From Negaprion brevirostris (Eukaryota), in the NCBI GenBank assembly GCA_030324005.1, contig JARDVH010000025.1, forward strand, positions 78,777,950 to 78,841,949: a stretch of DNA of 64,000 bases. The letters are read 5' to 3'. Each line of letters opens with the position of its first letter. The stretch's first letter is position 1. Below, in pieces: positions 53,421 through 64,000 of the stretch. Both the position numbers and the translations under genes were made by a program. A model generated the notes under the pieces. It did not search any database and had not been told where the DNA came from. It saw only the letters and a list, made by a program, of their open reading frames with translations.

Positions 53421-56400
53421 ATAATGATACCCAGTCTTTTCCTCTGGTGCAGGCTAAACTGTACCCTATCAACATGATTGCCTTCGCATAATACTATAAT
53501 TAGTTAATAGTACAGAACTTGAGAATTGCTGAAAAAAGATGTGCAGTCAAAGCTTTTAGTTTTTCACTCATTAAGGCAGATGCAAGAATATTAGTTGTAA
53601 AGGGAACAACAATTTGTGCTGTACAAGAGGAGAGTGCTATTTGGTTGGCTCGCGGACTCTGATTGGTGGAGACATTGCCATAGATAATGCACCAGAGAAC
53701 AGCTAACTTCCAAGCTTTTGTTCAAATTCAAACCAGGAAGATCTACTCTGACTGGTCAAGGCATCGCCAAGGGGACTGAACCAGGGGATAGCTGTCCCCA
53801 ACACCTTTGTTTTATTGAAAAAGGCACAATGTCTATCTGCAAAGGACCTGGTTCTGTTTGTGAATGTATATAGCTTCTTGCAAGCATAAGTGAGCCACAC
53901 TGTGCACCTAACTGGTAATCATAAATTGGTTGTCAATGTAATGATTAGTCTCAGGATTGTTTATCAAGTGCTGTCCAGTTATAGAATCATGATGCAACGT
54001 TAAACGAAGAGTAATACAGAAACTGACCACCACTAGGAGGTGGTTCATTTTCAGACTCGTCTGACTCTTGTTACTCTTTAAATATAAAAGCACAACAATG
54101 CAGTACATTTTATTTGGCTAGGTAACTTGGCACGTTACCTGAGTACCACTGAAAATAGGAAAACTAAATTAAACTCAATTACTTTTGAACAAAACTGTTC
54201 AATTCCAAACTGAATGGTAGCCTGATAAGTTCTGGAGATATTTGGTGGGCATTGGAATGGCAGATGTAGTAGAAAGTGAGATCAAGTTTCATCATCCACA
54301 ATATATCTATGCCAAAAAAGTGACTATACATGTAGCACAAGTATTGTCGTAACAATGCTGCCATGCCACAGTTTTCCCCAAAAGTTTGAAATTATTTTGT
54401 GGGTTTGGCAAACCGCAATTTGAGGTAAACATTAGGAAGTTTGCACATCTGTGCTTTATACACATCCTGAATAATGTTCACAACCTTTTAATAGGCCACA
54501 AATGTGCACAATTTGAAAAATTGAATGCCTGTGAATTAATCAATTGCAGCTTTCCAGTCTATTACGCAATAAAATAAATTTTGACTCCTCTCTGACAGAT
54601 TTCTCACCTCCTTTCTTTTTTCCTCATCTGATATTACTAACTCAGGTTAAGCTACACTTCTGTGGAATTGGCCATCCCCTGTACCTCAGTGCAAGTGACA
54701 TGTGAACCTTGATGTTTTTTAATAAGTCTTGTCAAACTGTTTTACCAGGGGCACCATAGTGCAGCCTCATTCTGTCAATAACCAATATGCATATGCCTGG
54801 ATTTCAAAGTAGGAGCCACTGGATAGCAATTAGGAGCAGGAATTCTTCCCAATTTTTCCACCTCCTCGGCCAGAACCACAATGGCCTCTAATAGAAGCCA
54901 TACTGCCCTCTCAGCCAAAATCAACAATTTCAGCATAGACCAGGGATTACATTTTGTTTGTAAAAGACAATAATGTTGAAGCATATAATGGCAATTTTCA
55001 TTTATATAGCACCATAATCAGAGAAATATTGCTTCACAGGGTTGTAATCAGATGGATTTAGATGTGGAGGCAGATACAGAGGTATTAAGAAGGGCAATTG
55101 GTCATGGTTGTGGATCTTACGGAGTTTTTAAAGGAGGAGAGGTGGAAAGGAAGGATTCAGGATGAAAATTCCTCAATATGAGGCTGAAGGCATCCTGACT
55201 AGTGTTGATGAAGAAGGCACTGATGCACAGCAAGCTGGAGTTGGAGGCATAGAGTTCTAGTTGGTTTGAAAGGCTGAAGAATGTCACAGAGATGAGCTAG
55301 GGTCAGAGCATGATTTAAAATAATTTTAAATCATTTAAATTGGAGAAGAGAGAACCCATCTAGATCAATGAAGACAGCAATGATGGAATTGTATGTACAG
55401 CTGGCAGAATCTTGGATGAGCTGAAGTTTACAAAGTGTGGCAGGGTGGGTTGGGGGGGGGTGGATATTGTGAATGGATCACCAGCAAGCAGAGCACTGGC
55501 ATTGTCAATCTAGAGGTGATAAGATCATGTATCAAAGGTTCAGCTGCAGTTGGGTTGAGGTGGAACCAGAACCAGCTTATGGAACTTTAAACAAACTGTC
55601 TTTGTGAAGAAACATAAAACATCAATCTAAGCAGAAAGAGTGGGGTTAGAAGATATAAATGGAAATTTGTGAAAAGCAAATTTACAATGCTATAGAAGCT
55701 TCACTAATGAAAGTGAATAATATGCCAGCGAGGCAATAATGGAAAGAACATTCAGTCCAGAGGAGAATTTGAGTACGAGAAAGACAAGCTCAGGTGAGAC
55801 TAATCTCCTTTCTACATACTGATTTGGTTTTTATTATTTTTGCTTCAACGCAGGCTTACAATAGGCAAAGATTTATTAATTTTGTCTACAGGTAGATGAA
55901 GCCGAAAATCTTTCAGTCAGCTTGCAAATTCTGATGAGCTGCTGACATTGTCTACTTTAAATGCTCACTTTTCTGTTGCAGGTTTTCCCATTTGTAATCC
56001 AAATTATTGTTATTCTGGCTCAACGTTCAGTTACATGTTTGAAATCCCTAGGACTTATAATTCAATGGGAAGGACTCTCCTCTTTGCAGCATTATTGTAA
56101 TGGACATCTGTCTTTCACCTTGAGATTGTTGTAAAAAAATTTCAAAGTTTAGGCTCATTTTCCATGCAGCGGAGACTCTCAGCAAGATTTGTACTATCAA
56201 AGGGGAGACATATCCATGTGAAGGAGCAAAGTCTGGGCAATACTACACTGGAACCAACACTGCAGCATCAGATGCAGGTGATTTAATCCGACAATATAAT
56301 CCCAAAGAGGATTGCTGTATTTTTTTACAAAATGTCCGAAAGATGATTACACAGTTCCTTAATATGTAATCATGAAGAAGAAAGTCAGAAAGGAGTTCTA

Positions 56401-58979
56401 GGACCAAATGTTATTCAATAAATAACTTGACCTCATCAGTCTAACTGTATCCATTATTTGCATATGCACATTGTAAAACATATATGAAGACATTTTGGCA
56501 GTAATTGTCATGTTTTTTGATTTAACATGTGACTAGAAAACAGCACATGCAGTACATAGTTCAAAATGAGAACATTTCACTGCTAATAATCAGTGGATGT
56601 CATCTGTAATAATAAAATCAACTTGAATAGTACAACTGGAAGATATCCCAAAAGTTATTATAAAATGGTGTGACTGGTTCCACAATTCTTCTTTAGTGGT
56701 TTAATCTGCTTCCTTCAGTTTGGAACTGAAAGTACAGACAGAGGGAATGCTTACAGATCCATATGTTGGAAACTTTGTTTGACTTACAGTGCAACATATC
56801 TCATCTGTTGGACTGCCATGGTATTAAGTTTGCACACAGCCTGATCCAGCTCATTCTTGTCTTTACAAGTATCACACTGTAAACTGTACTGCGCCCTCTT
56901 TGTAATTTTTTATGTCTATCCATCTGTAAGACAGCCCTCTTATTGAGACTTANNNNNNNNNNNNNNCATCTTTTCTCTTACTGTACACTAAGAGCAGATG
57001 TACCAAGGAAACTGATTGATGTGTTACATTCAAAATGCTTCCTTCAGTCAACAACTGGAAATGCAAACTAAATGGCCAAATTAGTTTAAAATCTGATGTG
57101 ATTGAGTGATTTAGTGTTGTGGTTGCAAGAAGCAATTGACACTGTAGGGAAAATATTCACAAAAATTTAAATTTAAACAAGCAGTAATATTCTGCTGTAT
57201 AGTTGGACATTAGTGGTGCTGTAGATTTGTTAGTCTTAAAGGCTAGTATGGTTTTAAGGCTCTGTGAAGGGTCTGAAACGTTGCAATGAATCTTACTTTC
57301 AACACACAGAGAATGCAGGGATAGTAAATTAAAGTTTTTAATTTTGTTGAATACTGATAATAAGATGCAATCTAAAAAACTTATGGTAATAAGCATCTGT
57401 ATGGATATATTCACTTCAGATGGCTGTTTGGCAAGTTATGAGGGAATATTTGGTGAGCCACTGAACATGACAGGGGGTGAAATGGTGCAGATGGAATTGC
57501 AAGAAAGGCAATCTGCTGGTCCAAGAGTGAGCTCAACGGCTCCTTCAACTGCTGTGCCGAGGAATTTGAACATTACAGGCTTTGCCTACAGACACTCAAA
57601 AGCAGAACTTCATGGTGTTATTTAAAATTGTGACATGCAACACTTCATGAATGAAAGTCCAACTCATAGCTGTGCAATGCTTCATTACTGTCTTCCTCGG
57701 CTTATACATTGCCATGCAAAAAGTGGCTATTCTATAGCTCTCTAGATTGGAGTATGCGTAACAATTGAGAAAGAATGGCAAGGTGAGAGGGGCCATGGAG
57801 AATTTAGATTTTGTGTGAAACTCAGAGGGATGGGGGCCATGGGTAAAGGGTGGATGTTGATAGACAACAAAAACAGCAGGATGGCTCTCAGTGGGCCCAC
57901 CAGTTTCCATTGCTGGGTCCCTTGTTTGGACACTGAGTGACTTTAAATGAGCCTCTCCCTTCTCCCCCTCCCACGAATACCCTGGCAGCCTGCAAGTAAC
58001 CCAGACAGGATTTGCTTGTTACCTTTCCCGCATGGTAGGCAAGGGTCATGATGGGAAGATAGAAAAAGTGGAATTAAAGCCACAATCAAATTAGCCGTCA
58101 TATAATTGAGTGGTGGAGGAAGCTTGAGTGGCCAACTGGCTTCTTTGCAAGCCAGCATGGGCACAACGGGCCAAATGGCCTCCTTCAGTGCTGTAACCAC
58201 CTTGTTGATACTATGATTTATTAGGTTCATGTGCAGTAGATAACAATAATCTTACTCTCAATGATTTTGCAATTGTGATATTAGGGTTTCGTGAAAAAAA
58301 CTAATCTTCTTTTTGAATGGACACAAGAAGCCCTAAAGATGGCTGCCAGAAGTAACATTAGCATTTTCAACTGCAACTGATTAAGCTCTAGAAAGTTCCA
58401 AATGGATTGTATGTAACCCTGAAAGAGTCCACAGCATTTAATAGTGCTATAACTGCAGAATTAGTGTGAAATAAGTAACCTTCTTTCCCAAATGTTAGCT
58501 GAATCCACCTAAAAAAGGCAAACACTAACTGGTTGATTGGAGAAACCATCACAGCTGCTAAATCGAACCTCAAGTTTCAATCACTTTACTTCAGAAAGAA
58601 GGAATTCANNNNNNNNNNNNNNNNNNNNNNNNNNNNNNNNNNNNNNNNNNNNNNNNNNNNNNNNNNNNNNNNNNNNNNNNNNNNNNNNNNNNNNNNNNNN
58701 NNNNNNNNTGATTTGAACTTTCACCTTTAAATATCTTTTTATCATTATTTATTTTTAAACTTTGTATCTGTATTGTCTGTTGGGCTATTTTAGAACTGAC
58801 CCACTCATATGCTGGGCTACATACACACACACAAATTGTTAGCTCATGGACCACTTTAAGGAAATGCTGTCTTTGTGGTTCTGAAACTTACATTGTTTGG
58901 ACTGTGGTGTAGAACTTATCCTCACTGGTGTAAGTCATACCAAGACAATGAGATTTATTCCATGACAATCCTGGTAGAA

Positions 58980-59073
58980 TAAAAAGAAATCCCACAACAC
59001 CAGCTTAAAGTCTAAACAGGTTTATTTGTGGCAAAAACTGCAAGCTTTTAGGACAGCCTGTCCCTTCGTCAGG
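58980..59073 (-). mobile_element. Penelope-derived element fragment with variant hammerhead
   Basis: Reverse complement cCTGACGAa-GGGACAG-g-CTGTCCt-aAAAGCTT...caaataaacctg. Confidence 0.65.
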
Positions 59074-59089
59074 CCTGGTTGATGCAGGT

Positions 59090-59340
59090 GTTTATTGTTT
59101 ATCACCTGAGCTCTTGTCCTCAGCTGTTGCACTGATGCCATGATGCAAGGTTTCAAGACATGCCTTATCAAAAGCTATCCCCAGAGTCTCCTTGGCCCTC
59201 TAAATAAGGCTGACACTGNNNNNNNNNNNNNNNNNNNNNNNNGGGAGATCCCACAAAACAGTGCATTCACTTGCATGATTCCACTCTAGTGGTGCAGGTC
59301 ATCTGTGCATTGATGAAATGGTAGTTCTTATTGCCATTAA
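59090..59340 (-). mobile_element. Harbinger DDE transposase remnant
   Basis: Minus strand reads NKNYHFINAQMTC (cf. NRKGxHSINVQxxC) and later GDSG. Confidence 0.5.
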
Positions 59341-60027
59341 GAGATGTGAAGATGCCAGTATTGGACTGAGGTGGGCACAGTAAAAAGTCGCATAACACCA
59401 GATTAAAGTACAACAGGTTTATTTGATGTCATGATCTTTTGGAGCGCTGCTCCTCCATCAGGTGAGTGGAGAGTTGGGTTCACTAATGTGGCATATGTAG
59501 ACACAAACTCAATTGCAAGGTAAAGGTTGGAAAGTGAGTCTTAACAGGTAACCAAGTCTTTACAAGTACAGACAATGCGTGTGAAGAGAGGGAGAATCAC
59601 AGGTTAAAAAGCTATGAATTGTCTCAAGCCAGGACAGTTATTAAGATTTTGCAAGCTCAGGCCAAATGGTGGAGGTTACATGTAGTGTGACATGAACCCA
59701 AGGTCACAGTTAAATCATCTTTATGCGTGTGGAACTTGGCTATCAGTTTTTGCTCACTGATTCTACATTATCGTGTGTCTTGGAGGCCACCTTGGAGAAA
59801 GCTTACCCGAAGATTGGAGGCTGAATGTCTTTGACTGCTGAAGTGTTCCCCGACAGGGAGGGAACACTCCCTTCCTTGCATTCGCATTCCAACCATTATT
59901 TTGCAATTCAGTCTCTGTTTATATATGTCGTGTTTGTGAACCCACCTCTCCACTCACCTGATGAAGGAGCTTGTGATACCAAATAAACCTGTTGGATTTT
60001 AACCTGGTGTTGTGAGACTTTTTACTG
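59341..60027. mobile_element. Penelope-like element with long inverted ends and GIY-YIG C-terminal remnant
   Basis: Inverted ends (acagtaaaaagtc...aacaggtttatttg / caaataaacctgttgg...gactttttactgt); internal minus-strand CSLPVGEHFSSQRHSASNLRVSFLQGGL; flanking repeat tgccattaa. Confidence 0.8.
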
Positions 60028-60166
60028 TGCCATTAACAGAAGCTGTGCTAAGGTTATGAATATGCATGGCCACAGGCATAAACCATGTTATTCACTGAGA
60101 AATCAATCATATGATAAAAGTGAATAACTTTTTCTTGTCATCATTTCAACAGCCTTGGCAAACAAT

Positions 60167-60373
60167 GGGCGAAATTCTCTAACCTTTCAGCACATGTTTC
60201 CCGCTGACAGGAGGTGGCACATTGTTTGCTAGTGGCAGGGTTTTCTGGTCCCACCGCTGTAAACGGAATTCCCATTGATATCACCCCACACTGGCAGGAA
60301 GCCCATGGGTGGAGGTGTGATGTTAGCAGGACTGGAAAATCCCGCTAGTGCGAACGGCCAGAGAATTCCGGCC
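60167..60373. mobile_element. Harbinger-like MITE
   Basis: TIRs gggcgaaattctct / agagaattccggcc; related to 62340-62524. Confidence 0.7.
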
Positions 60374-61299
60374 AGTGATCTTGCTTAGGAGTTTCCTTGC
60401 ATTGTGGACTGAAGGTCAGTATATATGCTGAAGTTCTCTTGTCAATAAGTTGTTGAAGGATTCCACCAGGAATCAAAGTGGCAGATTTGTTACAGTGATT
60501 CCAAGAGAAGAGATTTACATAATATACACACAGATGTCAACGTAAGAAGTGTCTAAGGTGTAAGATCATCATTCTAGCATGCCATCTTAGATTACCATCT
60601 TGGAGCTGCAAGAAAATTTATGATCATACCCAAAGCAGGATGATAATCAATTCTCCAATAAATATAATTGTGCAAATATACAGCTTCAAGAAGCTACTAG
60701 GGAGGCTCCAACTGTTGTCTTTCTGCAACATAAAAACTGTGCAGAAACAGTCAGCTGCTGAGAGACACAACAAGAATTCTAAAAACCTGAAGTATGCAGA
60801 GTCATCCCACATCAGTCATCCAGCCAAGTGAGCAAGCCAGCTCTCCCCGTGTCCACCCTCTCCACATCCCCACCAAAAGAGTCAGAGATGTATTGGAAAT
60901 ACAGACTTTTAAGTACATGTTGTAGGCCAGATAGAGGCTCCAATTTCTTTCCATTAGCTGACCAGGAATCAAGAGGATTTACAAGTTGACATTCAATAGC
61001 AATGCTGTATCTTCTAAATTACAATTCTAACTTTATTTTCTCAATCTAAGCTTTGCTGCACATTATGAGTGTTGTTTTTATGTAGGGCTGAAGATTTAGG
61101 CTTCACGCAAATGCCGATTATGTCATCATGCTACTGATTGTCCAGTTGGAGCTTGTGCGCAAGGTTATTACAGTCTAGAAATACACCTGAATAAAATTAA
61201 AATATCTTTTATACAAAAATCTTGACTAACACTGATGGTGCCTACACATAGCCATGCCCTGAAAGTATCCTCGAGGGTCTCTCTATTGAAATCCCTTAG

Positions 61300-62060
61300 C
61301 ATACAACCGAGGCAAACAATTGGAAATACAGCAGAAATTGCACGCTCGCATCTGGACATGGAAATATTATCAATTTTCTTTCCAATTTCAACTCCTTGTC
61401 TACCCTTGGCCTGTTGCAATGCTCCAGTGAAACACAATGTAAACTGGAGGGACAACACCTCGGGTAGGATTTGACAGCCACGCTCGTCCCAAGACCAGAA
61501 AATACAGCCTGAGGGCAACAGACCTTTGCATGGTCCTGTCCTGCCTGCTACAATTCCTGTGGCTGGTGGGATGGAAAAATTCTGCATGTTGTAGCCTTCT
61601 GGACTCATCATTGAGTTCAGCAATTTTTGACTGTGCACTTTCTCCTCCATCATCCTCCCTTTTTGTTTTCTTTGTTTATACTAATGCAAACTCCGACCTC
61701 CCCCACAGGATCACCCATTCTTTAGTTTTTCTTTCACCAAGCATCTTTGTTCTCCTGTTAACACATTCTGCTATCTTATCTTAATGCCACTATTAGTCAT
61801 TAATATCATTACACTTCCTTTGTTTTGTGTCCATGAGATCTTTGTCAATCTCTCCTGAGCTCCGATTTATCCCTGACCTTCTATCCTGCTTCATCTTCTC
61901 CAGCCCCCCATCCTCAACTATACAATTCATACATTTCTATTCCTCTTCAGCTGAGGATGGACTCCAAAACCTAACTCTGTTACTTTCTCCACAGATGCTG
62001 GCGTTTTACTGTTTCTTATTTCAGATTTCTAGCATCTGCAGTATGTTGTCCATCTTCCTT
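61300..62060 (+). mobile_element. Penelope-like element 3' part (GIY-YIG C-terminus and 3' region)
   Basis: GLLQCSSETQCKLEGQHL...PSGLIIEFSNF*, split by a MITE; tail ...ctccacagatgctg...cagatttctagcatctgcagta. Confidence 0.7.
61462..61585. mobile_element. Harbinger-like MITE nested in the Penelope copy
   Basis: Begins gggtaggattt, ends aaaattctgc; interrupts the coding remnant. Confidence 0.55.
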
Positions 62061-62339
62061 TGTAGTATCATTATGGTGGAGAGGCTGATAGTAAAGGTCA
62101 GTTGGAAGAAAAAGTCAAAGAACATGGTTCTGGTACTTGCTGTTTCAGTACCAGATACTTAAAGACCCCAAAGGAGCCTTGCAGTCTGCCTCACTGGCTA
62201 GAAAGAGCAGGAATGAAGTGTTAAAATAAATAACATATTAAGTTGGGCCAAAATACAAAAATAAAGTTGCTATGTCAAAAATTACTTCATTTATTTGTAG
62301 TTTTGATGACTTTTTATAGTTGACCCTCAATAAACTCCA

Positions 62340-62524
62340 GGGGTGAGATTCTCTGGCCTCCTAACTGCATGGTTCCTGGCGGTGGAAGATGGTGTGCTGT
62401 TTGCTAATGGCAGGATTCTCTGGCCTCATAGCTGTCAATGAAATTTCCCATTCTTGTCACCCCATGCCGCTGCTGGCAGGATGGGAAAACCCCGTTAATG
62501 TGAATTGCCAGAGAATTCTGGCCA
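62340..62524. mobile_element. Harbinger-like MITE
   Basis: ggggtgagattctctggc ... gccagagaattctggcc inverted ends. Confidence 0.7.
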
Positions 62525-63644
62525 ATATTTTTAGTAACTACATCAAAGACGATAGAAACCCATTCTACTGGGCATTACATGAAGTGTAGCTGCTCCAGGA
62601 GGAAATAAATCCTTATCAATATAGCTGCAGTTTCTTAAAATTTTATTTTAGACAAATGTCAGTGCCTGCAACAAACTCCAGACACAATTACACAATGTTT
62701 CCAACTACTGGAAATATCTTAATGGCTAATTTGGTCTTGACAAGTTTCTGGTCAGGTGAGATCTGATGAATGTGAATTTGACAGATACAGCAAGATGATT
62801 TCAAAACATATTGTAATATTTTCCCTTGCTGGTGTTTGGCAGGGGTTTGGAAGTGTTCCATCTATGCTTTTCCTACAAATGCTCTTTTGATTGAAAACTA
62901 AAACTAACCTAATGAACTACAAGGAGACTGAACACCAAACAATTATTTGCCCATAAAAATAGCTCTGATAAAAAACAGATTTCCTTGCATCGGGGCTGTA
63001 CGTAGATATAAAAATTAGTGATCACAAATATTTTGAAAGCTGTAACTAAGTAGTCATTCTAACAATTTATTTTCCAAGACCTGTCTGGGTGATATATCTA
63101 AATTTAGTTTATTTTTGTTTAAATAAGCTAGCCTTTGTTCAGTTCTAAAACATAACAGATTTAAAAGGGTATGTAATGTGTAATATATTATGTCATTTCA
63201 AAAGCATTTATATTTTACATTATATACATACTACAGCTCTATTACAATTTTGCTAGATCTGTACATAGCCAGTCTTTAAGCATTTGAGCCATCTCTACAT
63301 TGGCATCCAAAACAAAGGCATGACGGATTCCTCTTTGGCAGAGATGTATGGTCCCATCAGGAAAGCGTCTCTTCATATCTTCGTAATATTCAATTGGGCA
63401 CCAGTGATCATTATGTCCATAGTAAAAGATAAGCTAAAATGGAAACACAACGGCAGACCTTCAGGAAAGATTTGGTTACCAAACACATGAAATCCCACAT
63501 TGAACTGTGAGATACTTAGAAGCCATTTTAAGCCCAACTTATTCAATATTAATTATACACTGGTTTAAGATAACATTTCAACCTCCTAAGTATAGTTTCG
63601 TAAACCAAATGTTTTGGGAAATCATAATTAACAAAATTTTAAAA

Positions 63645-63728
63645 AGTTTATTTATTAGTCACAAGAAAGGCTTACATTAACACTACAAAGAAATTACTGT
63701 GAAATTCCTCTAGTTGCCACACTCCGGT
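63645..63728 (-). mobile_element. V-SINE 3' tail fragment
   Basis: tttatttattagtcacaag...ttactgtgaaattc...gccacactccgg matches 32037-32120. Confidence 0.75.
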
Positions 63729-64000
63729 GCATATTTTATTAACATTCGATCTCATTTCAACTAAAAATACAATCTTATATATACAGAAACAGTATGTGAT
63801 TTTTAATATGCTGGCATCACAAGGTACAAGTAAACTGGTGTCTTTTGAAAACCAGACTTTCCAAGATCAGTTTCTAAAAGCATTGCATCTTAGATATCTG
63901 CATTTGCCAGATCATTTTCTTTAATTTTACATTGGTGACGTTGGCTTAGTAAAGATTATGAATGTATTTTCAATACATTCATTACTTATGAAGGTACTGG

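Overview
This is eukaryotic, not prokaryotic, DNA: a gapped vertebrate scaffold, most likely from a shark (inferred from HE1/V-SINE, CR1, Rex1/Babar, Tx1, Penelope and Harbinger-type repeats). It holds one clear protein-coding gene, a two-exon GDF5/6/7-subfamily BMP ligand, most likely GDF7 (+ strand; exon 1 CDS 25459-25777, phase-1 intron of ~11.9 kb, exon 2 CDS 37709-38610; 406 aa). The gene sits in a ~27 kb CpG-retaining domain flanked by CpG-poor, transposon-rich DNA. The most unusual signals are (1) several Penelope-derived short elements, some palindromic and with target-site duplications, carrying minimal hammerhead-ribozyme cores (CTGAnGA...GAAA), (2) an exact 25-nt U2 snRNA 5' fragment fused to non-U2 sequence, and (3) several nested insertions. 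Most other ORFs in the track are spurious or span N gaps. Repeat-family names come from recalled motifs, not database searches, and repeat boundaries are approximate unless a TSD or TIR is given.
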